Translations under genes and position numbers: made by a program
Assembly: GCF_006345805.1 (NCBI RefSeq)
Contig: NC_043018.1
Coordinates: 7,316,001 to 7,380,000, forward strand
DNA from: Octopus sinensis
Lineage: Eukaryota
DNA length: 64,000 nt
Reading direction: 5' to 3'
The notes under the pieces: generated by a model
What the model was told of the DNA's origin: nothing
The model's database searches: none
Seen by the model: the letters and a program-made list of their open reading frames with translations, nothing else
Part shown: positions 12,362-24,167 of the stretch, piece by piece
Layout: each line of letters starts with the position of its first letter
Position numbering within the stretch: the first letter of the stretch is position 1

Positions 12362-12580
12362 GATTAATAAATCTGATAAAAATCGAAATAGGCATAATCA
12401 GTAAATCTATAATAGATAACATCATGCGACATATCCTGAGCCACCCCGAACCTCACCCAGTGGAAATGTAGTGGAGCAACCATTGAATGGTTTCAGAAAA
12501 TTAATGATAAACCCATATGCAAATTCATCCAGTTTGGCTTTGAGGAATTTTACCCCTTGATCTCCAAAAATCTCCCCCAA
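12362..12580 (+). pseudogene. Penelope-like reverse transcriptase fragment
   Basis: LINLIKIEIGIISKSIIDNI, frameshift, QWKCSGATIEWFQKINDKPICKFIQFGFEEFYPLIS matches PLE RT LINPAKSE..QWK..IEWF..FxQFDIxxFYPSI. Confidence 0.85.
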
Positions 12581-12921
12581 GAAGCAACCCTGTACAAGTA
12601 GGATGCAAAACTGATTGTGTCACTATTATGCAGGTGGTGCCCTTTGTTTCAAGACTTTAATGGAAACTTGTTTGGTCATGGGGAAATATTAACTTGCTTG
12701 GAAACAGATGAAGGTTGGTGACAGGAAGGGCATCTGGCAGCAGAAAATCAGACTCAACAAATTTCATCTGACCCATTCAAGCATAGAAAAGCAAATGTTA
12801 AAACATTGTGTGTGTGTGTGTGGTGTGTATGTACATATATATATAAACACATACACATATATACATATCTGTGTGGTGTGTGAGAGTGTGTGTGCATGCA
12901 CATATATATATATATATATAT

Positions 12922-12976
<55 letters not shown>

Positions 12977-13183
12977 CATATATGAATATAGATACTATAA
13001 ATATAAATACTATTGGAACTTAATCACAAGGTATAGGTATCTTATATGTATACCATTCTCCCTAAATAATGGAACTGAAGATACAATATCCCTGCATATC
13101 TCACGTCTATTTTCATTCCTCCATTTCACTCTCTATTTCATATCTTATCTAGAATAACTATTGCTTAACCATTTTCTCACACC

Positions 13184-13231
13184 GTCTCCAATGAAGGGAT
13201 ATAAAAAATATCCCGGAAACAGCTGTAAGAC
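13184..13231 (+). ncRNA. Hammerhead-like motif family I, inside a repeat at about 13160-13300 (reverse copy at 45100-45250)
   Basis: GUCU-CCAAUGA-A-GGGAUAU-AAAAA-AUAUCCC-G-GAAAC-AGCU-GUA-AGAC. Confidence 0.55.
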
Positions 13232-13311
13232 TTTCTATTTATAAATGTTCTGAAATCTTCACAGCCTTGTTTTTTTATCTCATTCTGCAAAATTTTTTTA
13301 TAATAACATAT

Positions 13312-13364
<53 letters not shown>

Positions 13365-13429
13365 TATATATAAATAGATATGCATTTACAGAGATATATG
13401 CATTTATATATATATCGTCATCATAATCA

Positions 13430-13760
13430 TCGTTTAATGTCCGCTTCCATGCTAGCATGGGTTTGGATGGTTCAACTGGGGTCTGGGAAGCCAGGAGGCT
13501 GCACCAGGCTTCAATCTTGATCTGGTACAATTTCTACAGCTGGATGCCCTTCCTAATGCCAACCACTCCGTGAGTGTAGTGGGTGTTTTTTATGTGCCAC
13601 CAGCACAGGTGCCAGGGGAGGCTGGCAGCGGCCACGATTGGTTGGTGCTTTTTACGTGCCACCAGCACAGAAGCTAGCAACAGCCACTTTGTGGTGATTC
13701 TCTTACGTGCCACCAGCACTGGTACACAACTACAATTTCCATTGATTTTGAGCGATTTCG
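13430..13760 (-). mobile_element. R-family element
   Basis: CATCGTTTAATGTCCGCTTCCATGCTAGCATGGG..GCTGGATGCCCTTCCTAATGCCAACC. Confidence 0.8.
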
Positions 13761-13824
13761 ATTTCGACACATAAATAGATTTGTATTTACAGAGATATAT
13801 GCATATATATACATATAAACAGAC

Positions 13825-13863
<39 letters not shown>

Positions 13864-14560
13864 GAACATACACACTCCACATACACACATTGAATATAAT
13901 ATATATATATATATACATATATATATACACATACACACACACATTTATACACACGTCATATGCACATACACATCAGATTATGTTTTAGTGAAAATATAAT
14001 TAATTGTCCTGTTGCTAATTCACTTTTTATCTTTTTACTTTGAGTGATGCGTGTGTCTGAGTGTGTATGCGTTTATGGCTCAGTGTGTGATTATACGTTG
14101 ATGAATTAATGGCAGTTCTTGTTTCCATGTAGTTGTCTATAGTCATGTGTGTATGTATATAGATATGTATATGTGTGTTTGTTTGTGTGTGTATAAATAC
14201 ATGTATGTATATGTATATATATATTTGTATGTATTTCTGTATGTTTGTATTAATGTATACATAGGTGTAGTGTATGTGTACACTTTGTATTAATATACAT
14301 ATGTATGTATATGTATGTATGTGTTTCAGAGTATGTAATATATATACATGTATGTACATATATATATGTGTGTGTGTGTGTGTGTGTACATATGTATGTA
14401 TATATATATATGTATGGTGACGTTAAAACAATGATGGTGGTGGTGGTGGTGGTGGTATGTAGGAATGGAAGGATGGATTGATGAATGGTTACATCAGATT
14501 GTATATTTGTGACCAATGATATTTTTTATAAACGTGATACAAATATTTAAGATTTATGAT

Positions 14561-14614
<54 letters not shown>

Positions 14615-14659
14615 GAGAAGATTAACGAAGAGAAGAAAGAGTGAGGGAAGGGAAAGACA

Positions 14660-14740
14660 GATAGGTACATAGAAAGATAGACAGATAGAGAGATAGAGTG
14701 AGAGATGGAGGAATGGATTGACAGATAGACAGAGAGTGAA

Positions 14741-14809
<69 letters not shown>

Positions 14810-14843
14810 AGAGACAGACAGAGAGACAGACTGATAGATAGAC

Positions 14844-14930
<87 letters not shown>

Positions 14931-15010
14931 CAGTTTGATAGATTGATAGATAGACAGACAGACAGACTGACAGATAGATAGACAGATAAATAGATCGACA
15001 GACAGATAAA
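14660..15010. repeat. (GATA)n/(GACA)n tetranucleotide array
   Basis: Directly visible. Confidence 0.95.
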
Positions 15011-15314
15011 TAAGTAGAAGACTGAATATATAAATTAGTGGTGAGATAAATAACTGTTAGAATTCAAACTCAAGACATATTTGTAAAGATATGTGCACAA
15101 ATTCTTGAAGGATTTCTCTCTTTGGATGCTCCACTGATTCTGCCATCCAGGAAATATATTTGCAGAAACGACAAAACATGTAGAATTTCTACAAACCAAC
15201 TGCTTCTCACCACCACTCACCTTACCTTCCCTCCCCCACTGCTGCCCCAAACCCCTGATATTCTTTCAATATCCCTTCCTGCAAAGATTCTTTACCACTA
15301 CAACACCCTCTTAT

Positions 15315-15348
<34 letters not shown>

Positions 15349-15359
15349 CTATCTATCAT

Positions 15360-15510
15360 CTTTTAGCCGAGGTCGACTTTGCCTTTCATCCTTTCGGGGT
15401 CGATAGATTAAGTACCAGTTACGCACTGGGGTCGATATAATCAACTTAATCCGTTTGTCTGTCCTTGTTTGTCCCCTCTGTGTTTAGCCCCTTGTGGGTA
15501 ATAAAGAAAT
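15360..15510 (+). mobile_element. S2 SINE 3' half
   Basis: GAGGTCGACTTTGCCTTTCATCC...GTGGGTAATAAAGAAAT. Confidence 0.85.
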
Positions 15511-15521
15511 ATATCTATCTA

Positions 15522-15554
<33 letters not shown>

Positions 15555-15824
15555 GGCATAGTTCCATGATACACAGCACCTGTCACCCTTACACACCTCT
15601 ATCACCCTTTATAATTCATTGAAGTTTACCTTCGTTTTATATAGTCTCTCTTGCATTAAAATCTTCCTTGGGCATGTGGGCTTGAATGGAGTGAAATTTG
15701 GGGTTATGTTATTGTTTAGAATTTATTCACATATGTAGAACTTTGGATGCAGGTATGAATAATATATATACATACATATATATATATGTATAAAAAATAT
15801 ATATAAAAATACAAAATGGGACAA

Positions 15825-15985
15825 GAACGCAAAACATTCAAATAGACGACACAAAAAACGGACGGGTCATTCAAAGCCTCTAATCTTCAGTCAAGAACCG
15901 GATCATCCTCGCAATTCCAGCTGATTAATCTTGATTGCTCCGATCTGGCCAGCCCCGAGGAAAAACTAAGCTACAAGCAATAGAT
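15825..15985. repeat. Interspersed repeat, reverse copy at 31245-31335
   Basis: GGACAAGAACGCAAAACAT..GGGTCATTC..AATCTTCAGTCAAGAAC is shared in opposite orientation. Confidence 0.65.
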
Positions 15986-16095
15986 TTCTTGGAAAAAAGA
16001 TTGAATGTATATATATATATCGTTCATTCATCATTTAACGTCCGTTCTCCATGCTAGCATGGGTTATATATATATACATATACTGCATACATATA

Positions 16096-16139
<44 letters not shown>

Positions 16140-16194
16140 TATATACATACATATAATATCATCATTTAACGTCTGCTTTCCATGCTAGCATGGG

Positions 16195-16236
<42 letters not shown>

Positions 16237-16261
16237 ATTAATACACACACACAACACACAG

Positions 16262-16317
<56 letters not shown>

Positions 16318-16336
16318 TACGTAATATACTAATATG

Positions 16337-16384
<48 letters not shown>

Positions 16385-16419
16385 AACATATATACATATC
16401 TATAATATATATATTACAC

Positions 16420-16464
<45 letters not shown>

Positions 16465-16904
16465 GGCACATGCTTATTTAGAGTATCTTGCATTGTGAGG
16501 CAAGTAAAACAGAGAAAGCTTCCTTAGGTGCATCATTTCACTCTTCTCAGTTTTTTCCGCTTCTGTCTAATTGATCTTTGTACATGTGAAGCCTTCCTGG
16601 AACATCCAGCATCTGGGATCCTTGTAGGGGCTGCTTTTCCTCCTTTAATTCTTCACTTGTTAATGTCACTGGTATTAAGTGTTTGACAAGAGCTTAAATT
16701 TTGCTTCTGAGAACACTTACCTTATGTGTAATTGCAGGTAAGAAGGATATGCAGGATATCCCGACACCTTCGTTGTTGCAATATGTCCTGCTTATACCCT
16801 GTGAATGCATTCGCACTGAAAACCTCATGTTTAATTGCTATGCAGAACAATTGTACTGCGTAGTTGCATCTTCATTTCATTTCTGATTATGGCCTCTGCT
16901 TTGA

Positions 16905-17104
16905 TAATTGCATCCACTACATTCACGATCTTCAAGGCTCAGGTCTTCACTCTGAAATTGTTTAAGCCATTTTCAACCTGACCACTCTCTGGTCATTCCC
17001 TCATCAACTGTTTCGTTGATATTGCAAGCAGTTTCAGCTGCTTTATGCTCTTTTTTGAAGTTGAACAGCAAAATTGCTCGAATGTCACTCTTTGTTAGTT
17101 CCCT
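16905..17104 (-). pseudogene. Mariner transposase N-terminal HTH fragment
   Basis: ELTKSDIRAILLFNFKKEHKAAETACNINE...WLKQFQSEDLSLEDRECSG matches the mariner HTH consensus. Confidence 0.8.
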
Positions 17105-17235
17105 TTTAGATGATTGTAAAAACGGTTAAAAAAATATCAATGTTATTTTATTGATGCAGATGGGCAAGTAGTATGTTTGTATTTCATTTTTTGATTTGGT
17201 TTGCAAGAATCTTTATATGAGTTCGTGTGTTGAGG

Positions 17236-17529
17236 CATATTCTGTTGTGTCTGGGGAGAGTCATTTTCTTTTTGTGCCTTATTATGTAACACACTCACCG
17301 GTAAAATTTCCACGTTTTTCTTATTTTTATTGTCCTAAAATTTTCGTTGCGTCTTGCAACCTTTTCAATAGTTTTGACTCTCAGTAGTCAAAACTATTGA
17401 AAAGGTTGCAAGACATAACGAAAATTTTGGGAAAATAGAAATAAGAGATAAGTGGAAATTTTACTGGTGACTGTGTTACATAATAAGGCACAAAAAGAAA
17501 ATGACTCTCCCCAGACACAACAGAATATG
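17236..17529. repeat. Palindrome with 144-bp arms and a 6-nt spacer; an HHR-like motif in each arm
   Basis: 17236-17379 vs 17386-17529; minus-strand motif CUA-UUGAAAA-G-GUUGC-AAGAC-GCAAC-GAAAAUUU-UAG (17335-17371). Confidence 0.9.
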
Positions 17530-17629
17530 TTTGTATTATTAGACAATTACAAAAGAATGTTTAAAGAAATTCAAAACAGCAAAAATCCAGTACAGATTCT
17601 TCATGGTTCAAAATGGTTCTTGTTTTTAC

Positions 17630-18830
17630 TCAACCTGATATATACGCATCAGGTTTTCCATAATTACAAACATAGTTCATCGCATCTTGGGTCCTCTCAT
17701 GCATATATCATGGACTATCTGTGAAACTTAAGGTAAAATGCAAATCTGACCTATGTCTCTTCCATGCCACTCGTTATTTTTATGATCTCTGAGATGGATA
17801 TATGAAGCTGCTTTTGATGAGTTTTAATGTATAGAAGCCTTTCTGTTTCAACTTTTGTAAACCTATCAACTGATGGAAGAGATATTGACTTCTTTGAAGA
17901 AGGTTGAAGGAATTATCTCTGATCATGAAATGGTAAGCATAAAAGTCCATACATGAAACATGATTTCTGGGATTATTTCCAAATTGAGGGATGCCAAAAT
18001 GATAGCCATCTTCTCTATATACAAATAATAGGGGATACTGAAGGCTGTCATAAGATCAGTGAGTTTCACACATAGGTTTCAATGTAGAATCTCTTGAATG
18101 AACTATTGTGTCTCTTTTGCCAAATTTTTTGTCTGTCATAATAATTGCGACTTCATTGCATTGAGAAACATTGAAATGCCTAGCATGTTCATGTGAAGGA
18201 TTTTTTTCTGCATTAATAACTACCCAAAATTCTGATGCCAGAGCTTTCTCAATAGCTGCTTTAATCCTTTAGTGTTCACATTATTCTGCCAAAATTAATG
18301 CTTTTTTATCCACATTGTTTTGAATGATTCATGTGTTATCTTGTAGCTATGAGATTTTGATGAGGTAGCTGTTAATTTTTAAAATGATATTGTAGGGTTG
18401 GTGTGAGAGACCAGATAGGGCTAGTTTGAACATAAAACAGGTAGAATATTTTTGGCCGGATATGGCTGGTTTAAATGCTAAAGGCTTAAAACCTTTTTAT
18501 TTATGCATTGTTGGCATGGAACATTTCTTGTAGACTTATGATTATATGTCGTCTAATGCCTTGGTTAAGGCTGCATCTGATTTGTGTTTGATTTCCTTGT
18601 CCTCCGAAGAAATATACTTACAAATATTGGGAATCCTCAGTTTCTGATGACAATAGACTTCCTGTTGTATGATGAATGTGGCCATGAATTTCGCATGTAA
18701 ACATAAAGCCCCTTTCACTTACAATATTGGTGCCAAAGGAGGTCACCATGAATGCGTTATTGTAACGTTGAACGGCTGGATGATGGATGTCCCGGGTATA
18801 GCATTAAATTGCACCCAGTGCTGAGGCTGA
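17630..18830 (-). pseudogene. Helitron RepHel (Rep domain) fossil interrupted by a TTAA MITE
   Basis: RYNNAFMVTSFG..SYDSLQYPLLF..EDGY..DFYAYHFMIR..KVETERLLYI..SFTDSP*YMHERTQDAMNYVCNYGKPD. Confidence 0.9.
18265..18485. mobile_element. TTAA-flanked MITE (piggyBac-like)
   Basis: TTAA at 18261-18264 and 18486-18489; termini (T)CCTTTAG and CTAAAGG(C); Helitron reading frame resumes across it. Confidence 0.75.
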
Positions 18831-19092
18831 AGTTCTGCAACTCTGTGGAGCCTGGAGTCACCCACTAAGTACCAATACTCTAAGGTCCAGTCTGACCCAG
18901 AACAGTAGTACCTGTTAGGGTCCTGTCTATGGGTCTATGGGTTAAATAGATTTCCCAGGGTTAGAGGAGGGTCCTGTTATTTTTTGACAAATCCAAGGGA
19001 AAGGCAGCTTTTGCTGAGAAAGATACTCTAACATAAAACTCGCAGATGACCGAGAGAGTGGCAAAAGTGTGGCACAAATTTTTCTCACTTAA

Positions 19093-19717
19093 CTATTTCA
19101 TTACCGTATTTAATTTGAGATCTCTTTCTCTTTTACTTGTTTCAGTCATTTGACTGCAGCCATGCTGGAGCACAGCCTTTAATTGAGCAACTCGACCCCG
19201 GGACTTATTCTTTGTAAGCCCAGTACTTATTCTATCGGTCTCTTTTGCTGAACTGCCAAGTGACGGGGACATAAACACACCAGCATCAGTTGTCAAGCAA
19301 TGCTAGGGGGGACAAACACAGACACACAAACATACACGCACTCTCACATATATATATATACATATATACGACGGGCTTCTTTCAGTTTCCGTCTACCAAA
19401 TCCACTCATAAGGCTTTGGTCAGCCCGAGGCTATAGTAGAAGACATTTGCCCAAGGTGCCATGCAGTGGGACTGAACCTGAAACCATGTGGTTGGTAAAC
19501 AAGCTACTTACCACACAGCCACTCCTGCTGTGTTTCTTTCAAATAATTTTAAATATAACAAAGAATTTATTAAAATAACTTAGTTATCATTAAGCTAGGG
19601 TTAGGAATATAAATTGTGACTAAGGTTCAGTGGAAGATTTTAATTCAAAACTTATAAAAACAAGACATTTGTACTATAGAGCCAGAGGTGGTTTCAGCCG
19701 GGTTGGTATCAAAAAGG
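19093..19717. mobile_element. TTAA MITE with a nested S1 SINE (about 19120-19527, minus)
   Basis: Body matches the 25079-25282 MITE; TTAA flanks; SINE interrupts the 5' part. Confidence 0.75.
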
Positions 19718-19739
19718 TTAAATCCAATCATATACAGAT

Positions 19740-20178
19740 GTCTCACAATCATTAAATTTTTTTTGTTGTATTTCGGAATGGTCATTTTGCCAGTTTAGCC
19801 AATAAAAACACACGCACTATATATTTGGTGTTACGTTGCTTCAGTGTTATTTATTTTTTACATTATTCTTAATTTTATTTCGGCCAGAGTTCTTTCGTCA
19901 CACTCCTGTGACCGCATCAGTGGTCCTTTGCTTTCTTCTTTCTTATTTGTGTGTCTCTCCTTACTAACCGTCAGCCATTTTGTATTTCTATTGTATGTGT
20001 CTTCATTTGCACATGCGTATATCTCTATGTGCGTCTATGTTTAGTTAGTGTGTATGTGCGTGTGGGGGAATGCCTGTAATATTTGTATCTTCTGTTTATA
20101 TACGCCCATGTAATTTGTTTTTGTTTATTATTTTTTTTTTATTTTGTTCATGTTTACATCCACTTATTACTATTGTTA

Positions 20179-20218
<40 letters not shown>

Positions 20219-20555
20219 GTATGCTTGTATGTATGTATAACAACAATACTAATAATAACAATAATAATAATAAAACATTTAAAAAAAAATTTAAATCTTT
20301 TAAATCTAAAAAAAAACCTATATAGTTATTTATTTCTATTTGTTTATTCATCTGTGTATTTTATTTATGTTTTTGGTTTTGTTTATATTGTAACCAGTTT
20401 ATGGGGATCCTCTTCTGTCATATGTTGTGGTGTGTGCTAGTGTTCCATTCCAGTTTCCTATTCAGGCTAGGTTTATCTTCTATTATTTGTGTAGCTTCTG
20501 TAATTTGTCTGATTGTTGCATCTGTTCTATGTGTGGACAAGATTTTAACCTCTAT
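19740..20555 (-). mobile_element. 3' end of a Penelope-like element: GIY-YIG C-terminus (20400-20555), then 3' region with HHR-like motif (19882-19926)
   Basis: EVKILSTHRTDATIRQITEATQIIEDKPSLNRKLEW; GGACCA-CUGAUGC-G-GUCACA-GGAG-UGUGAC-GAAAG-AA-CUC-UGGCC. Confidence 0.65.
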
Positions 20556-21019
20556 GTTTATTTGGTTTTAATTTTATAAAGTCCTATGGTAACGGATGTG
20601 TGGCATGAAAACCCATGTCTGTGCACAGGTAAGGATAAAATTAAATCAGAACAATCAGGCTGAATGTGATATGGCTATCATCTGACAAGATGAGGCTACC
20701 ATTGTGTGTACCTGTATCATATCACCATCACCATTTTAATGTCAATCGTCTCATGATTTCATGGGGTGACTGGGATTTGCTGAGATAGATGTTCAATGGG
20801 TAGGTGCCCTTCTTGTCAGAAATATTCATCAGTTTCTAAATAAGATAATATTTCTTCATAACTGGAAGTTTTGAAACAAAGGAAATCACTTCTATGATGG
20901 CAACATTTTTTTTGCAACAATCATGCAATATAAAGACAAAGGAAACACCAACTCATACACACGCGTACACATTTCATAATAGCATGTATAAGTGTGTGCA
21001 TGTGTTTGCGTATGTATGT

Positions 21020-21030
21020 GTATGTGTCTG

Positions 21031-21086
<56 letters not shown>

Positions 21087-21124
21087 TAATATATATATAA
21101 TATATATATTATATATATATTATT

Positions 21125-21157
<33 letters not shown>

Positions 21158-21197
21158 TATTATATATATATATTTATATATATATATATATATATTA

Positions 21198-21249
<52 letters not shown>

Positions 21250-21290
21250 GTATATATATATATATGTATATATATAATTATATATATATT

Positions 21291-21321
<31 letters not shown>

Positions 21322-21409
21322 ATTATATATATATAATATTATATTATATATATATATATATATTTATATATATAATTATATATAAATATATAATATATAT
21401 ATATTAATA

Positions 21410-21441
<32 letters not shown>

Positions 21442-21449
21442 TATATTTT

Positions 21450-21480
<31 letters not shown>

Positions 21481-21490
21481 TATATTTAAT
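21020..21490. repeat. (TA)n tract
   Basis: Directly visible. Confidence 0.95.
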
Positions 21491-21493
21491 ATA

Positions 21494-22207
21494 ATTAATC
21501 AATTAGGGTAGCAAAAAATTCATTAAAATTTTATCGCTACCAGCGGCCTAATGGAAAAGAGAAAATAGTCCAGGACTAAATATGTATAAATATAACAATT
21601 TAGGAATGGCCTAGACAGGCCATTCGTCCACTAGAAAGACAAGCCATAACTCCAACCGCCAAGTAGTGTAATTCGGAAATAAGTGAAAATTTAAAACATT
21701 TACCCTAATTCATCTTTTATACGATGCATCGTTTCAGTGTCTTTAATGATAGACCAGCTTAATTAATTAAATTAAGCTAGTCTACCATAGGTCACACTTC
21801 ATCAGTAAAAGAACCTGGGAGAGACGGATATATACGAGGCGACTGTATCATGCCTCGGAATATCTGTCTTAAATTTTCAAGACCAACGCATTCGCGCCAA
21901 CTTATCGGCAGCAAATATAAACGGCGATTCATCTCAGAATTAGTCAGAAATTTATCATTAATCAATTTAGGGTAGCAAAAAATTCAGTAAAAATTTATCG
22001 CTACCAGCGGCCTAATGTAGACTAGCTTAATTTAATTTAATTAAGCTGGTCTATCATTAAAGACACTGAAACGATGCATCGTTAAAAGATGAATTGGGTA
22101 AATGTTTTTAAATTTTCACCTTATTTCCGAATTACACTACTTGGCGGTTGGAGTTATGGCGCTCTTTCTAGTGGACGATGCCTGTCTAGGCCATTCCTAA
22201 ATTGTTA

Positions 22208-22215
<8 letters not shown>
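21494..22215. mobile_element. Rearranged PLE pLTR-like element with direct and inverted repeats, embedded in (TA)n
   Basis: Direct repeat 21494-21552 and 21957-22016; inverted repeat 21585-21785 and 22017-22215. Confidence 0.75.
21713..21812 (-). ncRNA. Type I hammerhead ribozyme, canonical core, extended stem II
   Basis: UCUUUUA-CUGAUGA-AGUGU-[long hairpin]-ACACU-GAAAC-GAUGCAUC-GUA-UAAAAGA; 7-bp perfect stem I. Confidence 0.85.
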
Positions 22216-22280
<65 letters not shown>

Positions 22281-22307
22281 ATATATATTTATATATGTAT
22301 CTATATA

Positions 22308-22338
<31 letters not shown>

Positions 22339-22489
22339 TTAATATATATATATATATTTTATATAATATATATATATCTATATATATAGATATATATATA
22401 TATATATTTATATATCTATATAATATTATATATATATATATATAATTATATATATTTATATTTTTATATATATATTTATAATCGAAAAA

Positions 22490-22885
22490 ATCGATCAATG
22501 GAAATCGATCAATGGAAATTGCAGATTTGTTACCAGTGCCGGTGGCATGTAAGAGAAACTTCTGTTTCGCGACCGTTGCCCAGCACTGCCCCGTTTCGTG
22601 TCCGTTGCCAGCCTCGCCTGGCCCTCGTGCCAGTGGCACATAAAAGCACCATCCGTTTGTGGCCGTTTGCCAGCTCTGTCTGGCACCTGTGCGGGTGGCA
22701 CGTAAAACACCCACTGCACTCTCGGAGTGGTTGGCGCTTAGGAAGGGCATCACACCGTTAGAAACACTGCCAGATTGGACGGGCCTGATGAAGCCTTCTG
22801 GCCTCACAGACCCCAGTTTAACCGTCCACCATCTGCATGGAAAAGGAAACGGACGCTAAACGATTGATGATGATGATGATGATAT
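22490..22885 (+). mobile_element. R-family element
   Basis: GGAAGGGCATC..GAAACACTGCCAGAT..GCATGGAAAAGGAAACGGACGCTAAACGA..(TGA)n tail. Confidence 0.8.
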
Positions 22886-23092
22886 ATATATATATATATA
22901 TTTAATATATATATATATATATATGTTTATATATATATATATATATATAATATTATATATATATATGTTATATATATATTTATATATATAATATTATATA
23001 TATATAAATATATATGTATATATACATACGCGTACTATATACACATATACACATATACGCTTATATACATATATATTTATCATATCTATCAT

Positions 23093-23140
<48 letters not shown>

Positions 23141-23187
23141 CTATCTACTTATATATAGATATATATTTATATATACATATATATTCA

Positions 23188-23218
<31 letters not shown>

Positions 23219-24167
23219 CTATATATATATATATATGGTGTGAGTCTCAGTGTGTGATAATATGTATATAATATATGTATGTATGTATATGTATAATGTA
23301 CACACATTAATATACATATAGATATATACTCCCACACACATATATATATATATATACATGTATATGAATGTTTGCTTATATATACCTATATATTTCGTAT
23401 ACATCTTACACAAGCACACACACATATATATATAAATATATATACATATATATATATATATATAATACACACACACACATATATCAACGCAGTACTTGTC
23501 TGGCCATGGCATTAAGATCTATTGTTTAAACTGAAACAATTATATTCTATAAGATTTATGACGCCTACAATACACATACAAACATACAAATATCCATTCA
23601 TATATACATATATATAATATACACACATACAAATATAGATGCGTGAATGTGTGTGTCTGTGTATGTGTGTATTGTAAATGATGTCTGATGTAAACAGCTT
23701 GAAAATTACTCACCTAACCTCATAGACTTAAATATATTAACAAGACTAAGATTTTATTTTAATTTCTTTTACTTCCACCAATATGTGAAAATAAAGAGAA
23801 TTAAAAGTGTTTTCACAGACATATGGAAACTGACAAAACACAGAATGTCTTCAGAGATATTTGTAAACAAGCAGAATAAATAGCACCTACACAGATAGAT
23901 CTGTAAAGTGTGCATAACGGTCTTCATACATTTGAAGACAAACTAGATAGTGTTTTCATTGATACAAATGTCAAGACATAGAATATTAATTATCTTCACA
24001 GTATATATTATTTGATGCCATCTGAGTAATAAACCTTATAAAGCACTTTTCAAATCTCCTCAACGGTTCTCAGCCACCATCTGTTATCATATTTCTTTCA
24101 CTGGATTTACAGGTGGAAGTTCGTTAATGTCTGCAGAATTCACCCAGGGACACGACTTTTATAGGTG

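Noticed and set aside
15860-15900. CTGAAGA...GAATG motif (also at about 31250)
   Set aside because: No GAAA, and no consistent stem I or stem II
18644-18680. CTGATGA followed by a 6-bp hairpin
   Set aside because: GAAA does not follow the hairpin, and it lies within Helitron coding remnant
24114-24165. Exon-like segment (GGSSLMSAEFTQGHDFY) after a TTTACAG acceptor
   Set aside because: The only apparent donor is supplied by the adjacent SINE head, and there is no other support
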